DNA of 16,818 bases from Campylobacterales bacterium (lineage in GTDB: Bacteria > Campylobacterota > Campylobacteria > Campylobacterales > Sulfurimonadaceae): positions 1 through 16,818 of the forward strand of contig JBBRBK010000040.1 of the NCBI GenBank assembly GCA_038205935.1. The letters run 5' to 3'. Made by a program: the position numbers and the translations under genes. The first letter of the stretch is position 1. Each line of letters starts with the position of its first letter. Positions 1-8,294 of this stretch are shown here, piece after piece. The notes below the pieces were generated by a model. It searched no databases, had not been told where the DNA came from, and saw only the letters and a program-made list of their open reading frames with translations.

Positions 1-1
1 A

Positions 2-148
2 AGTGCAGCTGAAATAACTTCTGCTCTTAAAGCTTACAAAACTGGTGCTAGAAATGTTTCTGGTAAAGGTGCAATGATGAAAGGTTTCGCAACTCCATTA
101 ACAGATGCGCAAATCGCTGACGTTGCTAAAGCTTGGGGTAAGAAATAA
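2..148 (+). CDS. C-terminal part of a small class I c-type cytochrome (cytochrome c553-like), 5' end outside window
   Basis: Frame 2 reads SAAEITSALKAYKTGARNVSGKGAMMKGFATPLTDAQIADVAKAWGKK*. The ALKAYK-G...G-GAMMK...L-D-I pattern with the axial Met is typical of Campylobacterota c553. The CxxCH motif is not in the window. Confidence 0.75.
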   Translation, partial: SAAEITSALKAYKTGARNVSGKGAMMKGFATPLTDAQIADVAKAWGKK

Positions 149-235
149 TTATCCCTTTTAAAAATTCATAAAATTTCTGTAACTCTTGTTTAGGTACTTT
201 CTATAGATTCTAGAGCAAACAAGGGTTGCGTCCTC

Positions 236-415
236 AATAATAAATTAGTTGCAAGAATGGACTGTAAAGTCGATAGAAAAGATTCAATATTGCATATTCA
301 TAATCTTTACCTTGAAACAAGTCTTAAAGAAATAGAGGCTTTTATTGAAGCTTTTTCAAAAGAACTTCAATACTTTTTAGCATTCAATAATTGCTCTAGT
401 ATTGAACTACACAAA
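236..415 (+). pseudogene. C-terminal remnant of a YcaQ/AlkZ-like (winged-helix, crosslink-repair glycosylase family) gene
   Basis: The frame reads NKLVARMDCKVDRKDSILHIHNLYLE...FLAFNNC, resembling the YcaQ C-terminal LVGRMDAKADRK...L-LE motif. No N-terminal portion is present upstream. The ORF-track tail to 493 is just antisense to the phosphoesterase. Confidence 0.6.
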
Positions 416-710
416 CCTCTACAAAACCATTTTCAAGATAAATTTTCGGTGCTTTGTCATGCTTTCCTCTTAGCAAATATTTTGTGCCATTAAGTTTTGA
501 AGCCCACGTTTGAATAGATTCGCTTTTCCAGCCAAAATCTCCAAGATGAAATACAATATCATCTTTACCTACTGTCTCATTCCATAGATCAACCATACGC
601 TGATCTGGGTTGTCGCCGAGAGCAATTTTACGATTTGGCTCATATTCTAAGACGTTAGTATGACCAAAATGAGTATCAGCGATAATGAACGTGTCTTTGG
701 TGATTTTCAT
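396..710 (-). pseudogene. Truncated calcineurin-like metallophosphoesterase (short phage-type family)
   Basis: DTHFGH, WNETV..DD.VFHLGDF and LLRGKHD (canonical GNHD has N>K). It ends at 104 aa with no C-terminal H or GHxH motifs. Confidence 0.75.
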
Positions 711-1570
711 TTTACCACCTCAATAACTTTCATTGTGAAGTTCTCCTTGTCTTTTGGGCGACCAATAGAGTTGCAGATGATTTGAATCTCTTTGCCATCG
801 GCCCTCTGATATGTTCGATTAAAATTTCTGTGAGTGTGACCAAAAATCCAATGTATCATAGTGCCGTTTTCAAGATACTCTTCTCCATCAAAGCAATAAA
901 ACGCGCGATTTGAATTAGCACTTTCATCATACATTTCTAAAAATTGATCTTCTTCTGAAAGCGGAGAAACGTGTGTAACCATAATATCGCACTCTTTGTA
1001 GACCGCATCGAGATGATGCTTTTGTTCATAAAAGAGAGTCTCAAAGTATGAGCCGTTTTTTGCAGATGGTTCTATCATATGTGCATCGTTTGATACATCT
1101 ACCCATACGGTTTGAATCTCTTTTCTGTTCCATCCCTCGTTGAGCAATAAAGAACCGTCATACCATCCAGTAGCACCACCAATACGGATACCATCAATCT
1201 CAATTACATTGCCATCCACATAGTCGATCCCGATTTCTTGATCTATCATCGTTTTCATTTCTTCTACGCGTTCGCGACTTCCATTGAGTCCCACTATGTA
1301 CTGATACCTTGAGGCGATTGCTTTTGAGACAAGATAATAATCGTGATTTCCAAACGTTACAACTATATGTTTGTAGTAGCGTTTGAGGTGGCGCAAGCAA
1401 GTAATATTTTGAGTATTGTAGTGCCCGATATCGCCGGCGATAATAAGAACATCGGCGAGGTTTGATTCTATAATTGCTTTAAATTTTGCGTCAAATTTCG
1501 CATCCGAGACAACTTTATCCGTTCTAAAATAAAAGTCAAAATGGGTGTCGCCCATAATTGCAAATTTCAT
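707..1570 (-). CDS. Calcineurin-like metallophosphoesterase
   Basis: All five motifs present: GDTH, AGDIG, GNHD, VTH, GHTH. 4-nt overlaps with both neighbours. Confidence 0.92.
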   Translation of the reverse strand: MKFAIMGDTHFDFYFRTDKVVSDAKFDAKFKAIIESNLADVLIIAGDIGHYNTQNITCLRHLKRYYKHIVVTFGNHDYYLVSKAIASRYQYIVGLNGSRERVEEMKTMIDQEIGIDYVDGNVIEIDGIRIGGATGWYDGSLLLNEGWNRKEIQTVWVDVSNDAHMIEPSAKNGSYFETLFYEQKHHLDAVYKECDIMVTHVSPLSEEDQFLEMYDESANSNRAFYCFDGEEYLENGTMIHWIFGHTHRNFNRTYQRADGKEIQIICNSIGRPKDKENFTMKVIEVVK

Positions 1571-2379
1571 AGCTCTATACTCTTCATATTACTTTTGTAA
1601 GGTTCATACGCATTTACATGACATTCTACACCCTCAAACTCATAGCTATATGAGTCGTGTGTATGTCCAAATATCCAATGTTTGGCAGTTGTATTTCTTA
1701 GAAATTTGTGACCGTTGAAACAATAGAAAGTAGTTGATCTATTTCTGCGGTACTCTTCTGATATGTGCTCTGCAAGGAACGACGGATTGATATGAGTAAT
1801 CATGACATCGCATTTTTGATATACAGCTTCAATTTTTGGAAGTTCAAGTTTGTAGGGATCATCAAAGTTTTTAATTCCTTTAAACTGTTGACCCTCTGGC
1901 ATTAAAACTTTCCACATTCCGTTAATGCCATCAACATCTGCAAGTGGAAAATATGCCTTTGAAAATGCAGAAGAATACCACGCCATCGTTCCGCCAAATT
2001 TGATACCATCGATTTCAACTACATCTCCATCGAGACAATACAGTCCATTTTCGGCATTGATAAGCTTTTTCATCTCATCAGCTCTTGCAAATGAATCGTC
2101 ATAATCATCTTCCATTATTCTATTCACTAGACAATAATCGTGATTCCCAAGTACACAGATAATCGTTTTATACCCGTAGATGCGCTTAATCATTCTCAGT
2201 AAAATAATATTTTGCGTATTGTTATGTCCAAGATCTCCAGCGACGATAAGAACGTCACCGATCATTCTATTATCTTTTAAAAAATACTTGTCATACAGTT
2301 TTCGTACACTTACATCAGTATTGTTAAATTGTTTGAAGTAGTAATCAAAATGTAGGTCGCTTAAAATGTCTATTTTCAT
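1567..2379 (-). CDS. Calcineurin-like metallophosphoesterase (paralog of 707-1570)
   Basis: SDLH, AGDLG, GNHD, ITH, HWIFGHTH; collinear similarity to the downstream gene. Confidence 0.92.
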   Translation of the reverse strand: MKIDILSDLHFDYYFKQFNNTDVSVRKLYDKYFLKDNRMIGDVLIVAGDLGHNNTQNIILLRMIKRIYGYKTIICVLGNHDYCLVNRIMEDDYDDSFARADEMKKLINAENGLYCLDGDVVEIDGIKFGGTMAWYSSAFSKAYFPLADVDGINGMWKVLMPEGQQFKGIKNFDDPYKLELPKIEAVYQKCDVMITHINPSFLAEHISEEYRRNRSTTFYCFNGHKFLRNTTAKHWIFGHTHDSYSYEFEGVECHVNAYEPYKSNMKSIEL

Positions 2380-2654
2380 TGTCTAACTTCTTATGATGTA
2401 TTATTGGTCATTATACTGTATTGCTGTAATGTGGTCACAAATTACGACAGTTTGAAATTTTATACCATTCAAAAACAAACAAGAATTCGCAACCGCTGAA
2501 GCAATAGAGCTAAGGGGGTTCACCACTTTTGTGTCTCTCCAAGAAGTTGATCAATAGTTTCAATCAGTTTTTTAAGACCAGATCAAAATCCTGTGGTAGC
2601 ATTGGGTAACTTTAAAAATCGTATCACAGATTTTTTGTGTTTTTCAGGGGGCGA

Positions 2655-3119
2655 TTATTTAGTTATCCAAGAGATTCTTTTCCTAAATGTTTCTAAATAG
2701 ATAAGATACTCATCCTCAAATCCCTCCAGTTTCGCTGAGCTGATAATATCTTCAATGTAATCTTTTCTCGGGCATCCAGGTTGATTATCTGTTGCAATAT
2801 AGATCAATGCGCTTTGTTTGTGTGGGCTATTTTGTGAATAAACTGCGTGTTTTCTTTTATAGTAGTAATTTTGCTCAACCCCCTCAAAATAATCAAGCTG
2901 CTCCTCATCTTCTTTTGAAAGTAGCCATAAAATCCCATAAACGCTATGCGCAGTATCAGGAATCACCGTTGCAACTCCCAAAGAATTGATCTCAAATCGA
3001 AATTCTTTGAGTATTGCCACTCCAAGATATTCACTGCTTTTGCATCTTAAGCTCATGGCCTGAATATTCATGTTGGCGCCATAAGCGAAATATAAACGCT
3101 TACTATCACCTTTAAACAC
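2655..3119 (-). CDS. Gamma-glutamylcyclotransferase (GGCT/AIG2-like) family protein
   Basis: N-terminal YFAYGANM, then VYGILW and LDYFEG with the catalytic Glu. The GTG start overlaps the clpP TAG by 1 nt. Confidence 0.88.
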   Translation of the reverse strand: MFKGDSKRLYFAYGANMNIQAMSLRCKSSEYLGVAILKEFRFEINSLGVATVIPDTAHSVYGILWLLSKEDEEQLDYFEGVEQNYYYKRKHAVYSQNSPHKQSALIYIATDNQPGCPRKDYIEDIISSAKLEGFEDEYLIYLETFRKRISWITK

Positions 3120-3679
3120 TACGCGGCCTTATGTTGCAGATTCTTCTCTGCACTATCTTTTAAAAACCCGCTCTCTTTTGCCATGTTATAATCCAACCAA
3201 GTATCTCGATCCATCATCTCTACAACTTTAGATTCTGCCATCCCTGTGCGTTCTACAACCATACGAGTAAGCTTATGCTTGGTTGCTAAGATACGTTTTG
3301 TGGTGATTTCGATATCACTAGCTTGCCCCATCGCTTGACCTAGTGGTTGATGGATCATAATTTGTGCATTAGGCAGCATAGTGCGCTCTTGTCCAAATAA
3401 AAAGATCATAGACGCCATGGAAGCAACTAAACCAATGGCATAAGTATGAACAGGAGATTTTATTTCATTCATCAAATCAATAATTCCCAGTCCTGCCATC
3501 ACATCTCCACCAGCTGATGAGATATAAATATGAATTGGCTCATTTGATATGGCGTCAAAGTAAAATAGTGTTGGCATAACGCGTGCGAGTAACTCAACAG
3601 TAATAGCTTCCGTGATAAAGATCATCCTATTATTCATCATCTCATCATAAATTGAAGTTGATTTTTCTTTAGTACTCAT
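3119..3679 (-). CDS. clpP: ClpP-family serine protease (accessory paralog)
   Basis: IYISSAGGDV, ASMAS (catalytic Ser), IMIHQP (His), MDRD (Asp). AAGGAG RBS upstream. Confidence 0.92.
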   Translation of the reverse strand: MSTKEKSTSIYDEMMNNRMIFITEAITVELLARVMPTLFYFDAISNEPIHIYISSAGGDVMAGLGIIDLMNEIKSPVHTYAIGLVASMASMIFLFGQERTMLPNAQIMIHQPLGQAMGQASDIEITTKRILATKHKLTRMVVERTGMAESKVVEMMDRDTWLDYNMAKESGFLKDSAEKNLQHKAA

Positions 3680-5189
3680 AATTTACTCCTTCTTTTTTGT
3701 TGAATATTTCATTCATTTGCATCCATTGATCCTCAACTATATAATCACGAATGTATTCTTTTTGTGTATCTACTTCATAGATGATTATCTGGTTTCTATC
3801 ATCATAAAGGTTTTTATCAAAAATAATGACTTCATTCGCAGAAATACGGCTTTGAGTATAGAGTCTCATCTCTCGTTGATAACGCAACTCTGTTTTCATC
3901 AATCGATCCCTTGTAAAAAAGATCGGTTCAGCTTTGTATACTTTTTCTGAATTACGATCAGTATATTCAAATTTCTCTAGTCTATTTTCCCCAGAGCTAA
4001 AAGCAATCCGATCAACAAAGTTTTGTTGAAAAGCCATCCATTTCATTCCTCCGAACTTTTCAATCATCTGATGTTCGTTCTGAGTAACAAGAATAATCTC
4101 TACATGTGCCTCTCGTAAGATATCAATATGCAAGTCAGAATCTTTAGACAATACACGATTAGCTTCATCAATAACAAGTGTCACTGGCTGTTTATTGGTG
4201 AGTTTAGCTCTGGGCGTAAACCTTGAAAGCACTGATCCTAAGATACTTGAAATAACCGGCAGAGTAAATGCTTCACAGTTAACAACAATATGATTTCCCT
4301 CTTCAAGTAAACTATTGATATCCTCTCCGAGGGGATCATTAATGCTGGCATTCATCATAGATTTCACAGAAGTTGCAACAACCATAAATACCCCATTATT
4401 CCCTGATGGTTCGCTCATGTCTAATTTAATTGAGTATGAAGCGAGGCCCATCATATCCTTTTTTATCTCCGCAAAATGATTTAAAAATTTTATTGTTTGA
4501 ACATTTTTTGGTACTTTCATTAACATGCGCTCCAGCAGTGATACGCCACCATCACATAAAAGAATAAAATTTTTCGCATCACTAAATACTTCTCCAATGT
4601 CACTAAAGGTTAAAGGCTTAGTATTAATATCAATATTAATCTCATGCCATTTTGTAATTTCTGCAGTTTTTATCCATGAAAATACTTGCGTGCCTTTTTC
4701 AGTAGCAACATATGCAATATCTTGATATCTATCAATACCACTATAAGCTTGAATCTCTCTCATCAACTCTTTGAGACTTTTAAGTGCCAAAAATGTTTTA
4801 GTCAGCATGATTCGCCCTGCATTAGACCAAAAAATATCACTACTCTCAGAAATAAGCCGCGAAGCTAACTCAATCATCTTTTTTTCGTTATATCCAGAAA
4901 TTAGGTTAATTCGAATTCCTTCAGGAATACCTAATTGTTTGATTTTATTCAAAGGAATTCCAGCATCTTCAGCAAGCGCTTTTAGATACAAATTGAGCGT
5001 GCCTTTTTCATCAAAAACAAAAAGAGAATGATTTTCACTCAAACGCTCTTTCATTACCGGACAAATAAAACTCGTAGTTTTTCCACTGCCGGTTTCTCCA
5101 ATACCTAAAGTATGTGAAAATTCACTGTGTTTTGAGACGATCGCTTTTACCGTCACCGCGTTTGATTTATTTGCAAATCCGATTGTCAT
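3669..5189 (-). CDS. VirD4/TraD/TraG-like (FtsK-HerA superfamily) P-loop ATPase without obvious N-terminal membrane anchor
   Basis: HTLGIGETGSGKT Walker A, VFDEKG (cf. DPKG), FWSNAG, LVIDEA Walker B, R...IILVTQ...Q motif. Confidence 0.8.
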   Translation of the reverse strand: MTIGFANKSNAVTVKAIVSKHSEFSHTLGIGETGSGKTTSFICPVMKERLSENHSLFVFDEKGTLNLYLKALAEDAGIPLNKIKQLGIPEGIRINLISGYNEKKMIELASRLISESSDIFWSNAGRIMLTKTFLALKSLKELMREIQAYSGIDRYQDIAYVATEKGTQVFSWIKTAEITKWHEINIDINTKPLTFSDIGEVFSDAKNFILLCDGGVSLLERMLMKVPKNVQTIKFLNHFAEIKKDMMGLASYSIKLDMSEPSGNNGVFMVVATSVKSMMNASINDPLGEDINSLLEEGNHIVVNCEAFTLPVISSILGSVLSRFTPRAKLTNKQPVTLVIDEANRVLSKDSDLHIDILREAHVEIILVTQNEHQMIEKFGGMKWMAFQQNFVDRIAFSSGENRLEKFEYTDRNSEKVYKAEPIFFTRDRLMKTELRYQREMRLYTQSRISANEVIIFDKNLYDDRNQIIIYEVDTQKEYIRDYIVEDQWMQMNEIFNKKEGVNYEY

Positions 5190-5318
5190 TTTAGATCCTT
5201 TAATAATATTGATTAAACTATGATAATTTAAATAATAATTACCATTATATAATTATATTACTATTAAAGTCAAGTGTTTTGTAATAATTTTATGACAATA
5301 ATGGTACAATTCATCATT

Positions 5319-5537
5319 ATGGACAGACAACAATTTAATGAGATACTAGAACAAGTGGAATTAACGAAAGAAGAGTTCGCCCAAAAGGTAGGACTTAAGT
5401 ACTTATCAGTCAATAATTGGGGGAGTACACAGAATATTCCTAAATGGGTTGACTCATGGATGGAACTTTACGTAGAAAATTACAAGTGCCGGAAATTAAG
5501 AGAGGCGATTAAGCAATTAGAAAATAGTGTCGGATAA
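5319..5537 (+). CDS. Small XRE-like HTH regulator, divergent from the ATPase-clpP operon
   Basis: LTKEEFAQKVGLKYLSVNNWG...IPKWV HTH. ATG 5319 is preferred over the track's GTG 5274 because an extended -10 (TGGTACAAT, 5302-5310) lies just upstream. Confidence 0.8.
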   Translation: MDRQQFNEILEQVELTKEEFAQKVGLKYLSVNNWGSTQNIPKWVDSWMELYVENYKCRKLREAIKQLENSVG

Positions 5538-5603
5538 GAAAGCAACCTCACGGTCACTCCCTCTCCTAAAAACTGTACGTGCGACTTTCACCGCATACGG
5601 CTC
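5529..5603 (-). mobile_element. Group II intron 3' remnant (domains V and VI)
   Basis: Minus strand GAGCCGTATGCGGTGAAAGTCGCACGTACAGTTT is a 34-nt DV with AGC triad, GAAA loop and AC bulge. It is followed by a DVI stem (GGAGAGGGAG...CTTTCTTATCC) with bulged A and a terminal AC. Confidence 0.9.
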
Positions 5604-5623
5604 AAGCACTAATAACTAATATT

Positions 5624-5818
5624 TTATCCAAAGAGGAAGAAAAAACATTTAATCAAAAACCTGTATTCAATTTGAAACAACAAAAATATTATTTTATAAT
5701 TCGGCGTAATAAGATCATTTTGACTAGCCATCCATCGAAGTGACTTCTGTCGATCTGCCAAGCTTACACCTGTCAATTGATCCATGGTTTAGGTATAGCG
5801 GTTTATGTTTGTATCCAT
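5624..5818 (-). pseudogene. Degraded small hypothetical gene
   Basis: AAGGAG RBS plus ATG at 5818, in-frame TAA at codon 10, then a protein-like frame MDQLTGVSLADRQKSLRWMASQNDLI. Confidence 0.35.
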
Positions 5819-5947
5819 TTTGTTTCTCCTTATTGAAACATTGAAATCAAAAAAAGAGTTTTTCTTTTTCAGCATCTATAATATGTTTGTCAAGTCGATT
5901 TTCTGCAAAGACATGGGGGGGGTTAAATTTGTAAATTTATTTATTTA

Positions 5948-5963
5948 ATGCCATTTATGGCAT
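5948..5963. promoter_or_regulatory. Palindromic operator overlapping the -10 of the HTH-Fic operon
   Basis: ATGCCAT-TT-ATGGCAT is a perfect inverted repeat overlapping CATAAT (5961-5966), 20 nt before the ATG. Confidence 0.65.
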
Positions 5964-5983
5964 AATATGTCAAAGGAAAAACC

Positions 5984-6364
5984 ATGAAACGCTTAGATTT
6001 AATCAATAAGATAATTGATAGAAAAAAACAATTAAATATTACTGTTGAAAATCTTGCTAAGCTTAGCGGTGTTGGCGTAAGAACTATAAATAGACTCCTA
6101 AAAAATGAAGATGTGAAGCTCAGTACGATAGAAGATGTAACAAACTTTTTAGGATTAGACTTTGCAGGAAATGAGCAAGTGCCATTAAATGAACTAAAAT
6201 GTCAAAGAGCACATGAGAAAGCGCTCTTCTTGGCTTCACTTGTTCAAAGCACATCAGCACTCGAGATGCAGGGCTTAGAAGATGAGAGTTTAAACAACAT
6301 CATCCGTATGTACGAAAAAGAGTTTCTAAGCGGTGCCTATAAAAACACTCTTTGGGTAGCTTGA
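5984..6364 (+). CDS. XRE-family HTH protein, mobile mystery protein A-like (putative antitoxin/regulator)
   Basis: N-terminal HTH (LAKLSGVGVRTINRL); C-terminal VQSTSALEMQ...LW pattern; coupled to the Fic gene. Confidence 0.82.
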   Translation: MKRLDLINKIIDRKKQLNITVENLAKLSGVGVRTINRLLKNEDVKLSTIEDVTNFLGLDFAGNEQVPLNELKCQRAHEKALFLASLVQSTSALEMQGLEDESLNNIIRMYEKEFLSGAYKNTLWVA

Positions 6365-6966
6365 TGATAGATTCTACTAAACCCATAGATGATGCTACAC
6401 CGCTGAATGACATATCAGGATTGAAGCTTCCAAAAAATAAAGTCTACTCGCTCAAAGAGATATATGTTTATGAAGCAAATAATATTGCACTTGCAACTTT
6501 AAAATATCTCGCAGCACCTCCATCTAAAAAGACAGCTCCATTTTCATACGAATGGTTATCAAAACTTCATGAAGAGATGTTTGGCAATGTTTGGGATTGG
6601 GCTGGGAAATTTAGACATAATGAACTCTCTATCGGTATAAAAGCGTATCTTATTCCATCAACTTTCAAAGATTTGGCGGATGATATAGTTTTTTGGGATA
6701 AGAATAAAACATTTGATATTTATGAAACAGCAGCGAGAATCCATCATCGTGCAGTACAAATTCATCCTTTTCAAAACGGCAATGGTCGCTGGTCAAGGAT
6801 GCTCGCAAATATCTATCTAAGACAAAACGGCTCTATGCCAGTTAAATGGCAAGAAGATCTACTCTCAAAAGAAAATCCTAAAAGAGATGAATATATCAAA
6901 GCTCTCAAAGCCGCTGATAATGGAGATTATTCGAGTTTGATAGAGATGCATAGAATTATTTACTAA
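6364..6966 (+). CDS. Fic-domain protein, mobile mystery protein B-like
   Basis: Canonical Fic motif HPFQNGNGRWSR, plus DATPL, MFGNVWDWAGKFR and YIKALKAADNGDY. TGATG stop/start overlap at 6362-6366. Confidence 0.92.
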   Translation: MIDSTKPIDDATPLNDISGLKLPKNKVYSLKEIYVYEANNIALATLKYLAAPPSKKTAPFSYEWLSKLHEEMFGNVWDWAGKFRHNELSIGIKAYLIPSTFKDLADDIVFWDKNKTFDIYETAARIHHRAVQIHPFQNGNGRWSRMLANIYLRQNGSMPVKWQEDLLSKENPKRDEYIKALKAADNGDYSSLIEMHRIIY

Positions 6967-7030
6967 ACACCTGCATTTGCTCCTGTTGCTGTAATTGCTA
7001 AAAGCGCAATCAAACTTATTTTTTTTTCAT
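6964..7030 (-). pseudogene. Signal-peptide-only remnant of an exported protein
   Basis: ATG then an A9 tract. Correcting the tract length gives MKK(K)ISLIALLAITATGANAGV*, a Sec signal peptide with an ANA cleavage site, ending at the Fic gene 3' end. Confidence 0.5.
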
Positions 7031-7203
7031 TTTATTTTTCATTTTTTTATTTTTACCGTTACTATATAACTCATTAGTAGGGAGTCTATTTCAAAATTCA
7101 GGCTCATTTTGTGGAGTCTTTTATTTTGTAGACGAAGTATAAAAAACACAAGCGAACATACTATTTCGTTTGGCTTTTTTACTTCCATCAAGGGATATTT
7201 GAT

Positions 7204-7533
7204 ATGAATGAGAAAAAGCCTATAAGTCTGCTTGAGCATTTAGACAATATAGGAACTGATGTTCAAGAAACCTACAATGTTGTGACAGGTGTAAAATATG
7301 CAACCTCTTATCACAGTGCAAGGATATCTCAAAAGTTGAAGTCGAGAATTTTTCAAATTGAAGTTGGTATTGATTACAAAAACAAGAAGCTAATCCCTAT
7401 TGTTTATGTTAACAGTGATATGCCTTTTGAAGAAAAAGAAGCAATCTCTATGTATTTCACAGAAAATATAAAAGAGCTAGTTGGGAATACAGAGCATGTA
7501 AGCCTTTCGTTTGGACACTGCACCATATTGTGA
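7204..7533 (+). CDS. Hypothetical protein
   Basis: 109-aa ORF with natural composition and AAGGGA upstream; no motif recognised. Confidence 0.65.
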   Translation: MNEKKPISLLEHLDNIGTDVQETYNVVTGVKYATSYHSARISQKLKSRIFQIEVGIDYKNKKLIPIVYVNSDMPFEEKEAISMYFTENIKELVGNTEHVSLSFGHCTIL

Positions 7534-7997
7534 TCCACTAGACAGCGCACGCTTGGCGTGTGCGTGTACAACACTCCTCTTCTTACCAGATATTACTTTC
7601 TACTAAACAACCACATACCAATACACCATACAGACTCCAAAGATCTTATTATTTGTACATACTCTATGTATGCAAAAATACTATAGATAATATACTCAGA
7701 AGATCTCTATCTAAAAAAGAAACCTACTGCTTAAGACCAAGCAAAAGACAAAGCAAAAGACCATTTGTTTCTATAGGTAGATATTTCTCCATAAAACAAG
7801 CGTGTTTAAAATCTTTCATTTGTTTCAAAATAAACGAGTCGGCTTTTTATAGAGTGAAATAAAATTTGATAAGTAAATAGCCAATAGATTTGTTTCATTC
7901 TTTTAACCGCTTTTAGATTTGATTTATAAAACAAGTATGTTTGTTTGGATCTTATTTTTTAGGTATTATTCTCTTGTTCCATTTTTATTTTAGTATT

Positions 7998-8205
7998 GCT
8001 TCACATATACTGATTTTGTAGGGATGCTATAACTATAACAATTAAACTGGTGCGTTTTTTGATTGTTTGCTTTATACGTACTGATTTTGTAGGGATGCTA
8101 TAACAAAGTGTAGAGCTTTACACATACTGATTTTAAAGGGGAGCTCCGACTCTCCTCCTCCACATATATACATTTTCCAGAGACTTCACACATACTTATT
8201 TTGTA
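7998..8205 (+). repeat. Repeat family A: four ~23-bp direct repeats (iteron-like)
   Basis: CTTYAYAYRTACTKATTTT at about 7999, 8070, 8116 and 8184. The first two share an identical 26-mer TACTGATTTTGTAGGGATGCTATAAC (8008-8033, 8079-8104). Confidence 0.85.
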
Positions 8206-8294
8206 CATAAAAAACTACCGCGCATATATTTTTCTTTTTTTCTTCATAAATAAACTCCCAAACTTTTGACTATTGCAAAATAAGAGGCAGAAAG

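Noticed and set aside
175..232. Integron attC site
   Set aside because: The ends do not fit RYYYAAC/GTTRRRY, and no other attC-like sites or integrase were seen.
2431..2450. Fourth WYL box upstream of the phosphoesterase operon
   Set aside because: The imperfect dyad has the half-sites in the opposite order, and TGTC lies about 30 nt from the -10, not 12.
2519..2654. Possible degraded ORF between the GGCT and phosphoesterase genes
   Set aside because: The frame has an internal stop, no start or RBS, and no recognisable family.
2792..5031. Short antisense ORFs within long genes here (2792, 3717, 4525, 4686, 4771) and similar antisense or alternate-frame ORFs elsewhere in the track
   Set aside because: Shadows of well-supported genes, with no motifs of their own.
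5529..7550. Full-length group II intron from a minus-strand GTGCG at 7550 carrying HTH-Fic as cargo
   Set aside because: That GTGCG is part of a local hairpin and is followed by the antisense of ORF 7204. No domain I-III structure or RT is evident.
7998..8205. CRISPR array
   Set aside because: Only two near-identical repeats, irregular spacing, and no cas genes in the window.
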